The position numbers and the translations under genes were made by a program. DNA of 61,254 nt, the filler included, from Chloroflexota bacterium (GTDB lineage: Bacteria; Chloroflexota; Chloroflexia; QHBQ01): assembly GCA_043754535.1 (NCBI GenBank). It is 6 parts of 6 records of this genome, joined end to end, with 100 filler letters (N's around TTAATTAATTAA, not from the genome) between each part and the next. Parts side by side here need not be neighbours in the genome. Positions count along the whole stretch, not along the records: positions 1 to 19,852 come from JAYUUN010000071.1; 5 more parts are not named here. The stretch is one strand, 5' to 3'. The notes under the pieces were generated by a model. It was not told the origin of the DNA and did not search any database. It saw only the letters and a list, made by a program, of their open reading frames with translations. This document shows positions 1 through 9,656 of the stretch, in pieces. Every line of letters starts with the position of its first letter. Position 1 is the first letter of the stretch.

Positions 1-130
1 CAGCGGCAACCGTGCCAGCCCCAGCCGCAACCGGGGTAGAGACAGTGCTGCTGTCACACGCGCTCAGGCTTACGGTGAGCGCAATCGCCAGCGCGACAAG
101 CGCGGTGGCCTTCTGGAACTTCTTGAACAT
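1..130 (-). CDS. Lipoprotein, 5' part only (runs off window start)
   Basis: My translation from ATG at 130 gives MFKKFQKATALVALAIALTVSLSACDSSTVSTPVAAG..., with a basic N-terminus, hydrophobic core and LSAC lipobox. GGAGG SD lies upstream. Not in the ORF track. Confidence 0.75.
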   Translation of the reverse strand, partial: MFKKFQKATALVALAIALTVSLSACDSSTVSTPVAAGAGTVAA

Positions 131-264
131 TGCTTGGTTTCCTCCACAGAATGGTGAACTCTAGCTCCGCTGCACTCTCCGTGCAGCCCAACCACGCCTG
201 CCCTGGCACCATGCCCCCACCAGCGGCTTGCTTGCTATTGAGGGGTAATCTGGTTGTAGGGGCA

Positions 265-293
265 ATTATAGCATATGCAAACTGTCCCTTCAA
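265..293 (-). promoter_or_regulatory. Sigma70/SigA-type promoter for the lipoprotein gene
   Basis: Minus strand TTGAAG-N17-TATAAT with extended TG. Confidence 0.55.
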
Positions 294-399
294 GCGCGGG
301 AGTGCCTGAGCAACGCAATCTGCACGTTTGCAGCAGAACAAGCAATCTGGGACCAAAACAGCTAACCCAGGGTAGCAATGTTGGTGTATAATAAGTTGT

Positions 400-1002
400 A
401 TGGAAGCAGAGCAAACGAATGCAACCGATATGAGCGGCCAGCGGCGGGTGATCACCGTCCTCTTTGCCGACCTACGCCGCTTCACTAGCTACGCTGAACG
501 GCGCGACCCCGTGAGCTTGTTGGCGACCGTCAACAGCTACCTGACCATCGCCGCTGACTCGGTGCTGCACTATGGTGGGATGCTTGACAAGTTCATGGGT
601 GATGCGGCGATGGCCCTTTTTAACGCCCGCGAACCACAGCCTGACCACGCGATGCGGGCGATCAAGGCAGCTCTATACATCCAGGAGCGCATGGCCTTCT
701 TCAACAGCCAGGTAGCTCCCGCCCTACAATTTGGCATTGGGATCAGCACGGGTGAGGCGGTGGTGGGCAACGTTGGCACCCCGACCATCCACAACTACAC
801 CGCACTCGGCGACACAGTTAACGTGGCTGCCCGCCTGGAGTCGAAGGCGAAGGGTGGCGAAATCCTGCTTGGTGGCGAAACTTACCGCTTGGTTAGCCAC
901 TGGTTCGCCGCAGAACCGGTCGGCCTCCTGACTGTGCGGGGGCGGCGCAGCAAGATCGAAGGCTACCGCCTGACCAAACTGAGCGACTACCCGATCAAGT
1001 GA
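400..1002 (+). CDS. Stand-alone class III adenylate cyclase catalytic domain
   Basis: Motifs LFADLRRFT, LDKFMGDA, GIGISTGEAVVGNVG and YTALGDTVNVAARLE carry the metal-binding Asp pair, the adenine-specifying Lys/Thr and the Asn/Arg pair. Confidence 0.9.
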   Translation: MEAEQTNATDMSGQRRVITVLFADLRRFTSYAERRDPVSLLATVNSYLTIAADSVLHYGGMLDKFMGDAAMALFNAREPQPDHAMRAIKAALYIQERMAFFNSQVAPALQFGIGISTGEAVVGNVGTPTIHNYTALGDTVNVAARLESKAKGGEILLGGETYRLVSHWFAAEPVGLLTVRGRRSKIEGYRLTKLSDYPIK

Positions 1003-1066
1003 CCGCCAGCCTCGGTTGCGCCAGCCAATCGTCTGTAAAGAGTAGGTTAAAATACGTTCGGGTTGC

Positions 1067-1095
1067 TTGACTAGCCTCTACGGGTGTGATATACT
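1067..1095 (+). promoter_or_regulatory. Sigma70/SigA-type promoter for the FTR1 gene
   Basis: TTGACT-N17-TATACT with extended TGn. Confidence 0.65.
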
Positions 1096-1098
1096 GAC

Positions 1099-1117
1099 TT
1101 TAGACAGCCAAACCTGT
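1099..1117. promoter_or_regulatory. Possible DtxR/IdeR/MntR-family operator
   Basis: TTTAGACAGCCAAACCTGT matches 12/19 positions of TTAGGTTAGCCTAACCTAA. It lies just after the -10 box of an iron permease gene. Confidence 0.35.
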
Positions 1118-1182
1118 TTTTAGTTTATCACTGCGGCAAGCAGCCAGCCTGCTGCCGACACTACTGCGACGGAGGCACTGCT

Positions 1183-2700
1183 TTGTTTACCCAAACCCAG
1201 ACGAGGATCGTCGCCACTCTGACCATGATGCTGCTCACCTTTGGTTTGTTCTTTGGCTTTGCTGCTCCCGCCTTCGCTGCTGACACTGCGGCTGATGCCA
1301 AAGCTTTGCTCGGTAAGTTGGAGGCGGTTGAGGGGGCAGTTAAAGCGGGAGACTTCGCCGCCGCCGCTGCCGCCTACAAGCAGTACGATGCTAGCTGGGT
1401 TGAACGGGAGGACAGCATCAAGGGGGCCTCGAAGGAGCAGTACAGGGTAGTTGAGGATGCGGCCTACGACCTCAAGAGTGCGCTAGCGGCGAAGGATGCG
1501 AAGCTGGCTCTGGCGGCAGTAGCCAGCATGGAAGCGGGCTTCCAGAAGGTGGTTGCCGACCCCAACCCCGCCGTTGCCCCCAGGACTGCTGGCAAAGCGA
1601 CCCTTATCCAGTTCATGGCGATGATTGGCGAAGGGCAGACCGCCATTGGCCGCAACGACGCTACCGCTGCCGCTGCGGCCCTCACTGAGATGAACAAGAT
1701 GTGGCTCGACGTTGAGCTTGAGGTCAAGCCCCGCTCTGCCGAAGCCTATAACGCCACCGAAAGCAGTCTCGCTGCCGCTGCTGCTGCCCTGCGCCAAAAC
1801 AACCTGCCCGCCGCTGGCAAGGCTTTTGCAGCGTTGAATAACACCCTCGCGCCAATTGCAGAGCGAGTAAGTAGCCCCTATGGGCCACTAGATGCGGCTA
1901 GCATCATCCTGCGCGAAGGTCTGGAGGCGATGTTGGTGGTGATTGCCCTCGTTGCTTTCCTCAAAAAGTCGGGTAACGAGGACAAGAGGCACTGGATTTG
2001 GCTGGGCGGAGCCTTCGCCGTCGTCGCCAGCCTACTCACCGCCTTTGCCCTACAAGTGCTGTTCAGCAGCGCAGCCGGTGGCAGCAGCCGCGAACTGGTT
2101 GAGGGGGTAGTTGGGCTGCTTGCCGCCGCCATGCTCTTTTACGTCAGCTACTGGCTGCACAGCAAGTCTAGTGTGGCGGGTTGGCAGGCCTACATCCGCA
2201 ATCATTCCAGTGCCGCCCTCGCCGGTGGTAGTCTGTTCTCCTTGGCCTTGCTGGCCTTCCTTGCCGTCTACCGTGAAGGGGCAGAGACGACCCTGTTCTA
2301 CATGGGGATGGCTCCCTCGATCAGCGTAAGCGATCTGGTGCTGGGGCTGGTGATCGGCACCGTAGGCCTGGTTGCTATCGGACTGGCAATGACAGTGTTC
2401 GGCTTGCGTATCCCCATGCACACCTTCTTCCGAGTTAGCAGCTTCCTGATCTACTATATCGGCTTCAAGTTCGTTGGCACTGGCATTCATGGTTTGCAGA
2501 TGGCAGGGGTACTGCCCAATACTACGATCCAGGGTATACCTAGCGGCGGCCTCCTTGAGTTCTTCGGTATCTACCCGACTGTGGAGACAATGATCGGCCA
2601 AGGTGTGCTGCTGGTGGCCGGGGTCACTGTTTGGGTGTTGTCCACCCGCCGCCAGGTACGCCTTGCCCGCCAGATGAAGATGGAGCAAGCGACAGCCTGA
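1183..2700 (+). CDS. FTR1/EfeU-family high-affinity iron permease with N-terminal extracellular helical domains
   Basis: TTG start with GGAGG SD; signal peptide; two similar helical repeats; REGLE and REGAE (RExxE) motifs in a multi-TM C-terminal domain. Confidence 0.9.
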   Translation: MFTQTQTRIVATLTMMLLTFGLFFGFAAPAFAADTAADAKALLGKLEAVEGAVKAGDFAAAAAAYKQYDASWVEREDSIKGASKEQYRVVEDAAYDLKSALAAKDAKLALAAVASMEAGFQKVVADPNPAVAPRTAGKATLIQFMAMIGEGQTAIGRNDATAAAAALTEMNKMWLDVELEVKPRSAEAYNATESSLAAAAAALRQNNLPAAGKAFAALNNTLAPIAERVSSPYGPLDAASIILREGLEAMLVVIALVAFLKKSGNEDKRHWIWLGGAFAVVASLLTAFALQVLFSSAAGGSSRELVEGVVGLLAAAMLFYVSYWLHSKSSVAGWQAYIRNHSSAALAGGSLFSLALLAFLAVYREGAETTLFYMGMAPSISVSDLVLGLVIGTVGLVAIGLAMTVFGLRIPMHTFFRVSSFLIYYIGFKFVGTGIHGLQMAGVLPNTTIQGIPSGGLLEFFGIYPTVETMIGQGVLLVAGVTVWVLSTRRQVRLARQMKMEQATA

Positions 2701-2746
2701 GCCACCTATCCTCCTTGAGCTACCAGAGCTGAGGGGGAGAGCAGAA

Positions 2747-2782
2747 GACGCCCGCTCACCTACGGGGGAGGGGCGTTTTGTT
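2747..2782 (+). terminator. Rho-independent terminator
   Basis: ACGCCC...GGGCGT stem followed by TTTGTT after the FTR1 stop. Confidence 0.55.
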
Positions 2783-2846
2783 GGCAACAGATGCAAATGG
2801 CGGATCGGTACAGCAAACTTTTTACCGCAGAATAGGAGCTAAACAG

Positions 2847-3851
2847 ATGAAGGCCATAGTGCTAGAGCAGGCGGGCGGCCCTGAGATGCTGGTTTACCGC
2901 GACTATCCTGACCCCCAGGCAGGTGCGGGCGAAGTGGTAGTTCGGCTAAGAGCGGCAGCCCTCAACCACCGTGATATCTGGCAGCGGCTACGCTCGACCA
3001 ACACGCAAGTGATCCTTGGCTCGGACGGCGCAGGGGTGATCGCCGCAGTTGGCGCGGGAGTGGAGGGGTGGCGCGAAGGCGACGAGGTGATGATCAACCC
3101 CAGTCTCGGCTGGCCTGATGGCGACGAAGCACCACCCGCGACTGGCTGGCGCATCCTCGGCGACCCCGACAATGGCACTTACGCTGAACAGATTAGAGTG
3201 CCAGCCGCAAACCTCGTCCGCAAGCCCGCCCACCTCTCCTGGGCCGAAGCTGCTGCCTTGCCCCTTGCTGGGCTGACAGCCTGGCGCGCTTTGACTACGC
3301 GCGGGCGGCTGAGGGCAGGCCAAAGTGTGCTGATCCTCGGCATCGGCGGGGGCGTGGCAACTATACTCTTGCAGATGGCAAAGCGGCTAGGGGCGACCGC
3401 CTATGTGACTAGCAGCAGTGATGAGAAGCTGGAGCGCGGGCAGCAGTTGGGGGCCGACGCTGGCTTCAACTACCGCACCAGCGATTGGGTGGCCGGGGTG
3501 TTGGCGCAGACCGATGGGCGCGGGGTTGACCTGGTGGTCGATAGCAGTGGGCAACAGACTTGGCCGGGGGCAATCAAGGTGGCGCGAGCAGGCGGGCGGG
3601 TGGTCTCCTTCGGCGCAACGACTGGGCCAGAGGCACAGGTGAACGTGCGTGAGGTCTTTGCCAAGCAGCTTAATCTGCTGGGGACGATGATGGGCAACGC
3701 GCAGGAGTTCAGCGCAATGGTGGACTTCTACGCTATCGAAGGTCTGCGCCCTGTGATCCACCAGCAGTTCCCCCTCGCTGAGGCTGCCGCTGCCAACCGC
3801 CTGATGGAAGCTGGCGAGCAGTTCGGCAAGCTGGTGTTGACGATAGGCTGA
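2847..3851 (+). CDS. MDR-family (zinc-binding dehydrogenase / quinone oxidoreductase-like) enzyme
   Basis: Start reassigned to ATG 2847 (AGGAG SD). Motifs MKAIVL, ALNHRD, LGSDGAG, GIGGGVA and QFGKLVL. Confidence 0.88.
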   Translation: MKAIVLEQAGGPEMLVYRDYPDPQAGAGEVVVRLRAAALNHRDIWQRLRSTNTQVILGSDGAGVIAAVGAGVEGWREGDEVMINPSLGWPDGDEAPPATGWRILGDPDNGTYAEQIRVPAANLVRKPAHLSWAEAAALPLAGLTAWRALTTRGRLRAGQSVLILGIGGGVATILLQMAKRLGATAYVTSSSDEKLERGQQLGADAGFNYRTSDWVAGVLAQTDGRGVDLVVDSSGQQTWPGAIKVARAGGRVVSFGATTGPEAQVNVREVFAKQLNLLGTMMGNAQEFSAMVDFYAIEGLRPVIHQQFPLAEAAAANRLMEAGEQFGKLVLTIG

Positions 3852-3858
3852 GGCAAAC

Positions 3859-3885
3859 AAAAAGGACAGCCGGTTGGCTGCCCTT
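3859..3885 (-). terminator. Terminator hairpin between tRNA-Ala and the convergent MDR gene
   Basis: AAGGACAGCC-GGTT-GGCTGCCCTT stem with an A-run on the left (U-tract on the minus strand). Confidence 0.6.
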
Positions 3886-3891
3886 AGCAGG

Positions 3892-3967
<76 letters not shown>

Positions 3968-3979
3968 ACGTGCCTGCCT

Positions 3980-4008
3980 ATTATAACAGATCACACTGGT
4001 TGCGTCAA
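3980..4008 (-). promoter_or_regulatory. Promoter of tRNA-Ala
   Basis: Minus strand TTGACG-N17-TATAAT. Confidence 0.75.
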
Positions 4009-4016
4009 GCGCACTT

Positions 4017-4961
4017 TCAACGGTAGACTGGGCTGAGCTTGCTAGCCAGTGCGTCCAGCACTTGGCTGAGAGCAACCTGCCCCTGCTCGCTGAGGCTGCC
4101 GTTAGTGGCGAAATCGAAGCCGTGTTCCTCCCCTTGCAGCTTGTAGAAGGTCACGTCCTTGCCTGCTGCCTGCAACGCCTGGGCAAAAGCCTCCGACTGC
4201 TGCCACCGGGTCGTGCTGTCCGCCGTACCATGCCACAGGATGACAGGGCCAGGAGCGTTGGTGGCAAGAGCGGTACTATCTGCCTGCGATCCGTCATTCT
4301 GCCCCGACTGCCCTGGGTTGAGTAGGGCGGGATCGCTGCTGTACACACCATAGAAGCCAAAGAAGGCAGCGGCTTGCTCGTCGCCGGGCGTAACAAAGAC
4401 GGCACCGCCCAGGACAGCCCCTGCAGAGTGGCCCTGGATAGCGACCTTGGCTGGGTTGATGCCAAACTGCTTCGCGTTGCGCTGGAGATAGGCCAGCCCC
4501 TGGCGCACCGCCGTCACCTGCTCGGCCAGCTTCGCCGCTGGCTGCAAGGGGTAATCCACTGAGAGGATAACGTAACCGCCCCGCGCCAGCCCCTCCGCCC
4601 AGGCGGTCAGTTGCAGTCGGTTGCCACTGGTCAGACCTCCACCATGTACCAGCAGCACCGCCGCATCATAGTGCTTACCCTGCGGCAACCAAAGCGCGGC
4701 TAGCAACGGTTTGGTTGGGTCAAGGCTGTAGTTGATCTTGTCTACCGTGCGAAAGGCGAAGCTGGCGGGTGGGCTGGCGGTGGCGGTCGGCTCTGGTGTG
4801 GCAGTCGGCTCGCCGAGGGTGGCAGTCGGCACTGCGGTGCGCGTCGCCATGGGGGTGACGGTCGGTGGCAGAGGAGTGGGCGGCAGAGGAGTGGGCTGGC
4901 TGCTACCACAGCCGGTCAATAGGAGACTCAGGCAGAGGAGCAGCGCAATTTTCTTGTTCAC
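4017..4961 (-). CDS. Lipoprotein alpha/beta hydrolase (HSL-like esterase) with Pro/Thr linker
   Basis: True start is likely GTG 4961, overlapping the comF stop (GTGA). MNKKIALLLCLSLLLTGC lipobox; HGGG, GHSAG, HGTAD and EHGF motifs. Confidence 0.85.
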   Translation of the reverse strand: MNKKIALLLCLSLLLTGCGSSQPTPLPPTPLPPTVTPMATRTAVPTATLGEPTATPEPTATASPPASFAFRTVDKINYSLDPTKPLLAALWLPQGKHYDAAVLLVHGGGLTSGNRLQLTAWAEGLARGGYVILSVDYPLQPAAKLAEQVTAVRQGLAYLQRNAKQFGINPAKVAIQGHSAGAVLGGAVFVTPGDEQAAAFFGFYGVYSSDPALLNPGQSGQNDGSQADSTALATNAPGPVILWHGTADSTTRWQQSEAFAQALQAAGKDVTFYKLQGEEHGFDFATNGSLSEQGQVALSQVLDALASKLSPVYR

Positions 4962-5686
4962 GTTTTCCCCTGTTCGTCTCGCTGGGCTAGAGCGCGGGCA
5001 ACGGTGAGGGCGTAGACGCGGCTTACACCTGCCGCGTACAAGGCCCGCGCACAGTCGCGTAGGGTCGCACCCGTCGTGTATACGTCGTCGAAAAGCAGCA
5101 CCCGCTTGCCTCGTAGGTCGCCGCTGGCGGTAAAAGCCGCAGCTACATTGGTCAGCCGAGCGGCCATGCCCAGCCCCACCTGTGGCCGGGTGGCGCGCTG
5201 GCGATGCAATAGCTGGGTGGTATAAGTGATACCCAGAGCGGGGGCAAGGGCCGCCGCCAGCACTGCCGCCTGGTTGTAGCCACGTTCCCTCTCCCTGGCG
5301 GGGTGCAGCGGCACTGGTACGAGCAGGTCTAGGCGGTCGGGGCGCAACCAGAGCGGTCCTGCTGCCAGCCGCTTCGCCACCAGCCCGGCCAGCGGTGCGA
5401 CCAGCGACCGCCTGCCCTTGTACTTGAGTTCCCAAATCGCCTGCTTGATCGGTGCGCTGTGGTCGTAGGCAGCGTAGCCGCCAACCAGGCTCTGCGGCTG
5501 GCGACAGCGGGTGCAGGTAAGGGCTTCCTGCTGCGGACGGCGACACTGGGGACAGGTCAAGTGGGCAGGATAGCTAGCCTGGGTCAGGCAGGTGGAGCAG
5601 ATGGCTGCCCCCGACCTACCGCAACCGACGCAGCGACCTGCCAGCAAGCCGCTGAGCAGACGGCGGAAGGCGGTATGCAGCTTCAC
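4958..5686 (-). CDS. comF: ComF-family protein (double zinc ribbon plus PRTase domain)
   Basis: Four CxxC pairs, LKY, VPVPLH, RERGYNQA and LLFDDVYTTGAT. Confidence 0.92.
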   Translation of the reverse strand: MKLHTAFRRLLSGLLAGRCVGCGRSGAAICSTCLTQASYPAHLTCPQCRRPQQEALTCTRCRQPQSLVGGYAAYDHSAPIKQAIWELKYKGRRSLVAPLAGLVAKRLAAGPLWLRPDRLDLLVPVPLHPARERERGYNQAAVLAAALAPALGITYTTQLLHRQRATRPQVGLGMAARLTNVAAAFTASGDLRGKRVLLFDDVYTTGATLRDCARALYAAGVSRVYALTVARALAQRDEQGKT

Positions 5687-6048
5687 CGTCCTACCGCCTC
5701 CACCCTTAGCTGGTCGCCGAGGGCAGTGCCAGTTGCCTGCAACACCCCAGCTGGTAGCTCCAACACTGCATTGCCCCCACGCACGAAGCGGCTGGCCCGC
5801 CAGGGCTTCATGCTGTGGATCATAAAGAGTACCCGGTTCTCTTTGTCCAGGAAGCAGGCATCAAAGCGGAAACGCATAAAGAAGCTGTGGATCGCGTTGT
5901 CGCCAACGATCAGCAGCCCCCGGCCTGCCGCCAACTCTGGCTGGCCCATCAAGCCAAAGAAGCGGCTGATCAGGTTGTCAGCGTAGACGATCTCGCTGGC
6001 GATCTCAGAGTCGCGAGTGATGTTGTAGACACGTCCATTACGAGCCAC
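5683..6048 (-). CDS. DUF192 domain protein
   Basis: ADNLISRFFGLMG, IHSFFMRFRFDACFLD and VLELPAG; overlaps the comF start. Confidence 0.85.
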   Translation of the reverse strand: MARNGRVYNITRDSEIASEIVYADNLISRFFGLMGQPELAAGRGLLIVGDNAIHSFFMRFRFDACFLDKENRVLFMIHSMKPWRASRFVRGGNAVLELPAGVLQATGTALGDQLRVEAVGR

Positions 6049-6064
6049 CTGATACCCCCCTCAC

Positions 6065-6098
6065 AAAACGCGCACCGCCCTTGAGAGGATGGTGCGCG
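6065..6098 (-). terminator. Possible terminator/attenuator between tadC and DUF192
   Basis: CGCGCACC...GGTGCGCG stem followed by TTTT on the minus strand. Confidence 0.45.
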
Positions 6099-6123
6099 GA
6101 CACGAATGGACTGACCGCTTGGC

Positions 6124-7065
6124 TCAACCCCCGCTTAGGCTCTTCCAGACCTGCGGCACAGCAGGGCCGAGGATGACGATGTAGAGCGCAGGAAAGATGA
6201 AGAAGGCCATGGGGATCAGCATCAAAACTGGGGCGCGGTGGGCCTTCTCCTCAGCCAGTTGGCGGCGGCGAATCCGCATCTGGTCGCTCTGGATGCGCAG
6301 CACCTTACCCATGCTCACGCCCAACTGCTCCGCCTGGACAATGGAGGAGATGAAGGTCTTGACCTCATCCACCCCAGTCCGTACCGCCATTTCGCGCAGG
6401 GCATCACGGCGAGTCTTGCCAACCTTGATCTCCGAAACCACCTTCTGCACTTCGACCCCCAGTTGGTTGTCCATCTTCTCAGCGATACGGCTGAAGGCAG
6501 CATCGAGGCCGAGGCCAGCCTCAACGCTCACCTGCAAGAGGTCGATCATGTCTGGCAGTTGGCGGCGAATAGCACCGACTCGCTGGCGCATCTTGGAGCC
6601 GAGCCAGAACACCGGCAGCATATAGCCGAGCAGGCCAGTGACCAGGGCGTAGATGTAGCCTTGCTGCGGAGGATCGGTTGGCGAGACAACCCCGAACAGG
6701 AAGCCAAACAGTAGCAGCATTGTAAGGCCAGCAAACACACGCAGGCCGAGGAAATTAGCAGCGTGCATTCCCCCAGGATTGCCTGCGGTCATCAGGTTGC
6801 GCTCTGTCTTCTCCTGGCTGGCACCGGGCGAGAACTTGCCCAAGAAGCGAATCATGCCATCCACGATAGGCTTGATCACCCGATCCGCGAAGGGCTGCTC
6901 CAGCTCTATCTGTTCCAAGGTGCGCGGTCGCTCGGCGAAGTTGGTTAGGCGGGCTTCAATGCTACCCTCCTCCGCCGGGCGGCGCGAACTGATCACGAAG
7001 TAGGCCACCACCCCACCAGCGAAGACCAATGCGCCCAGTATAGCAAGGATTTGCATTCCGTTCAT
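6124..7065 (-). CDS. tadC: Tad pilus assembly protein TadC (T2SS F family)
   Basis: LPDMIDLLQVSVEAGLGLDAA, QAEQLG, QSDQMRIRRRQLAEEKA; position in the cluster. Confidence 0.9.
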   Translation of the reverse strand: MNGMQILAILGALVFAGGVVAYFVISSRRPAEEGSIEARLTNFAERPRTLEQIELEQPFADRVIKPIVDGMIRFLGKFSPGASQEKTERNLMTAGNPGGMHAANFLGLRVFAGLTMLLLFGFLFGVVSPTDPPQQGYIYALVTGLLGYMLPVFWLGSKMRQRVGAIRRQLPDMIDLLQVSVEAGLGLDAAFSRIAEKMDNQLGVEVQKVVSEIKVGKTRRDALREMAVRTGVDEVKTFISSIVQAEQLGVSMGKVLRIQSDQMRIRRRQLAEEKAHRAPVLMLIPMAFFIFPALYIVILGPAVPQVWKSLSGG

Positions 7066-7120
7066 CTTTGTACTCCTCTAGTTGTGGAAGAATAGCCTGG
7101 TTGCCGCAAACTGGTTGGCA

Positions 7121-8116
7121 CTAAACGTCAATGTTGACGATCTTCATGATCGAGATGAAGCCGATGGTGATCATTATCCCGGCACAAATCGGCATACAAA
7201 TCCAGGGCCAGGCAAACATCGCACCCATGTACTTGGGGTTGACAGTGAGCAGGAACAGGCAGAGGATGATTGGCAGACCAGTGATAATGTAGCCCGAAGC
7301 CACACCCTGGGCGGTGAGCGCAGTAATCTCGCCCTTGATACGAACGCGCTCGCGGATCGTGTGCGCGATGGTGTCAAGGATTTGGGCCATATTGCCACCA
7401 ACCTCGTACTGGATGTTGATAGCGGTGATCAACAGGTCGAGGTCGTCGGAGGGCATTCGGCGCAGCAGGTTGGCAAGAGCTTCCTGGGTCGAGAGGCCGA
7501 GACCAACCTCGCGCACCACACGGCGCATCTCATCAGACATTGGGGCAGCCCCCTCGCGGGAGACCAGTTCCATAGATTGCAGCAGGCTATAGCCAGAGCG
7601 CAACGAGTTAGACATCAAGGTGAGGGTGTCGCCTAGCTGATTGTTGAAGGCCTTCATCCGCTTGCCACGCGTAAAGTTGACGTAGAGATCGGGGACAAAC
7701 AGGCCAACCAGGCCACCTATGATACCAACGACGAAGGCAAAAGCGTCTGCGCCGCGCCCCAAGAACACGCCAATACCAAATCCAACCGCTACCGCCAGTG
7801 CCTTGATCAGCACGAACTCGCTGACTGTCATCTTGAGGTCGGCTTGAGCAAGTTTGCGGGCGGCCTCTGCCGCGAAGGTGCGACTCGCAATTGCCTTATC
7901 CAGCTTGGCGGCCAGGGCGCGGGTCGCGTCCATGCCAGCTGCCCGCTCGATCTGGTCCTTGCGTAGCTTATCATCGCGGGTGCCAAACTTCTCCAGGCGG
8001 GCGTCAACCGCATCCTTCGGCTGGCGCAACATAAGCAAAAGGCCGCCAATGACCACCAACAGCCCAGCACCACCAGCGATCAGCATGGGGTTCTGCATGA
8101 TACTTTGTAGGTTCAT
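7121..8116 (-). CDS. tadB: Tad pilus assembly protein TadB (T2SS F family)
   Basis: Start ATG 8116 with GGAGG SD. QLGDTLTLMSNSLRSGYSLLQS, IQYEVGGNMAQILD and IRERVRIKGEI. Confidence 0.9.
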   Translation of the reverse strand: MNLQSIMQNPMLIAGGAGLLVVIGGLLLMLRQPKDAVDARLEKFGTRDDKLRKDQIERAAGMDATRALAAKLDKAIASRTFAAEAARKLAQADLKMTVSEFVLIKALAVAVGFGIGVFLGRGADAFAFVVGIIGGLVGLFVPDLYVNFTRGKRMKAFNNQLGDTLTLMSNSLRSGYSLLQSMELVSREGAAPMSDEMRRVVREVGLGLSTQEALANLLRRMPSDDLDLLITAINIQYEVGGNMAQILDTIAHTIRERVRIKGEITALTAQGVASGYIITGLPIILCLFLLTVNPKYMGAMFAWPWICMPICAGIMITIGFISIMKIVNIDV

Positions 8117-8177
8117 CTTACTACCTCCCGGCATGGGGTGGGCTGTTATCCCACCCACTTAACGTTGGCTAACTAGA

Positions 8178-9635
8178 TCAAAAGAACTTGTCGGTGTACC
8201 CAAAGATATTAGGTGGCAGGTAGATGTTGTACTGCTCGAACTTGTCAATAAACTTGGGCCGCACGCCAGTTGCCTTGAGGCGACCGATCACCTTGCCGCC
8301 CTCAACCCCTGTCTGCTCGAACACGAAGATGTCCTGCATGACGACCACATCGCCTTCCATGCCCTGCACCTCGGTGACAGCCACGATGCGACGGCTCCCA
8401 TCACGCATACGCTCCTGGTGGACGATCAGATCGATTGCACTGGCAATCTGCTCGCGGATCGCCTTGATCGGCAAATCCATGCCTGCCATCAGTACCATCG
8501 TCTCCATGCGCGAGAGTGTGTCGCGGGGGCTATTAGAGTGAGCGGTGGTCATCGAACCATCGTGGCCGGTGTTCATCGCCTGTAGCATATCCAGGGCTTC
8601 GCCGCCGCGACACTCGCCAACGACGATCCGCTCTGGGCGCATACGCAGGCAATTCATCACCAGGTCGCGGATGGTTACTTCGCCTTTGCCTTCGATATTG
8701 GCTGGGCGCGACTCCAGGGTAATCACATGATCCTGGCGCAGTTGCAGTTCTGCTGCGTTCTCCACCGTAATGATCCGCTCATCCGAAGGGATGAAGCTGG
8801 ACATCACGTTGAGCAGGGTCGTCTTGCCGCTACCAGTGCCGCCGCTGATCACGATGTTCAGGCTCGACTCGACACAGGCTTTGAGGAAGGTAGCAATCTC
8901 TGGGGTCATAGAGCCAAAGCGAATCAGGTCGTCTACACTCAATGGCTTCTTGGAGAACTTACGAATGGTGATGGTCGGGCCGTTGAGGGCTAGGGGCGGG
9001 ATAATGATGTTTACGCGGGAGCCATCAGGCAAGCGGGCATCTACCAGCGGGCTACTCTCGTCGATACGCCGACCAAGAGGCGCCACAATGCGGTCGACCA
9101 CGCGCATCACGTGTTCATCGTTCTGGAAGGTGATGCTGGTAAGCTCTAGCTTGCCCTTGCGCTCGATGAACACCTGGCGCGGGCCGTTGACCATCACTTC
9201 AGAGATGGTGTCATCCTTGAGCAGCGGCTGGATTGGGCCGTAACCGAGGATTTCGGCCTCGACCATATCAAACAGGCGGGCGCGCTCGACTCGGGTGAGG
9301 ATCAGATTTTCGCTATCCAGGATTTGGTTGAACACATCCTCGACCTGACGGCGTACTTCGTCCAGACGGCTAAGGTCCATCTTGGGGTCAAGCTCGGCGA
9401 TCAGCTTGTTCTGCACCCTTGCCTTCAGTTCCATCATGTCGCCACGTCCCCCAGCTGGGGCTGCCCCAGGGGCTACGGTTGGGCGACGCAAGGCTTCTGG
9501 CTGCGAGCCATTATTGCTGGGCGCAGGCTGGTACTGCTGGCCGCCCATCGGCCCCGCCGGTGCGCCAGTTGGGGCAGCCTGACCGCCGCTACTGTTGAGG
9601 CTGTCGCCGCCACCGATCCGCTTGAGCAGTGACAT
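8178..9635 (-). CDS. cpaF: CpaF/TadA pilus assembly ATPase
   Basis: Walker [38 protein letters not shown] and [11 protein letters not shown]. Confidence 0.95.
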   Translation of the reverse strand: MSLLKRIGGGDSLNSSGGQAAPTGAPAGPMGGQQYQPAPSNNGSQPEALRRPTVAPGAAPAGGRGDMMELKARVQNKLIAELDPKMDLSRLDEVRRQVEDVFNQILDSENLILTRVERARLFDMVEAEILGYGPIQPLLKDDTISEVMVNGPRQVFIERKGKLELTSITFQNDEHVMRVVDRIVAPLGRRIDESSPLVDARLPDGSRVNIIIPPLALNGPTITIRKFSKKPLSVDDLIRFGSMTPEIATFLKACVESSLNIVISGGTGSGKTTLLNVMSSFIPSDERIITVENAAELQLRQDHVITLESRPANIEGKGEVTIRDLVMNCLRMRPERIVVGECRGGEALDMLQAMNTGHDGSMTTAHSNSPRDTLSRMETMVLMAGMDLPIKAIREQIASAIDLIVHQERMRDGSRRIVAVTEVQGMEGDVVVMQDIFVFEQTGVEGGKVIGRLKATGVRPKFIDKFEQYNIYLPPNIFGYTDKFF

Positions 9636-9656
9636 AGGTAATTCCTTTCTCCGTAA

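Noticed and set aside
131..258. Riboswitch in the long leader of the first lipoprotein
   Set aside because: One hairpin (GCTGCAC/GTGCAGC) but no recognisable aptamer consensus.
4962..5546. N-terminal extension of the 509-aa ORF
   Set aside because: It overlaps comF in another frame; the real start is the lipoprotein signal at 4961.
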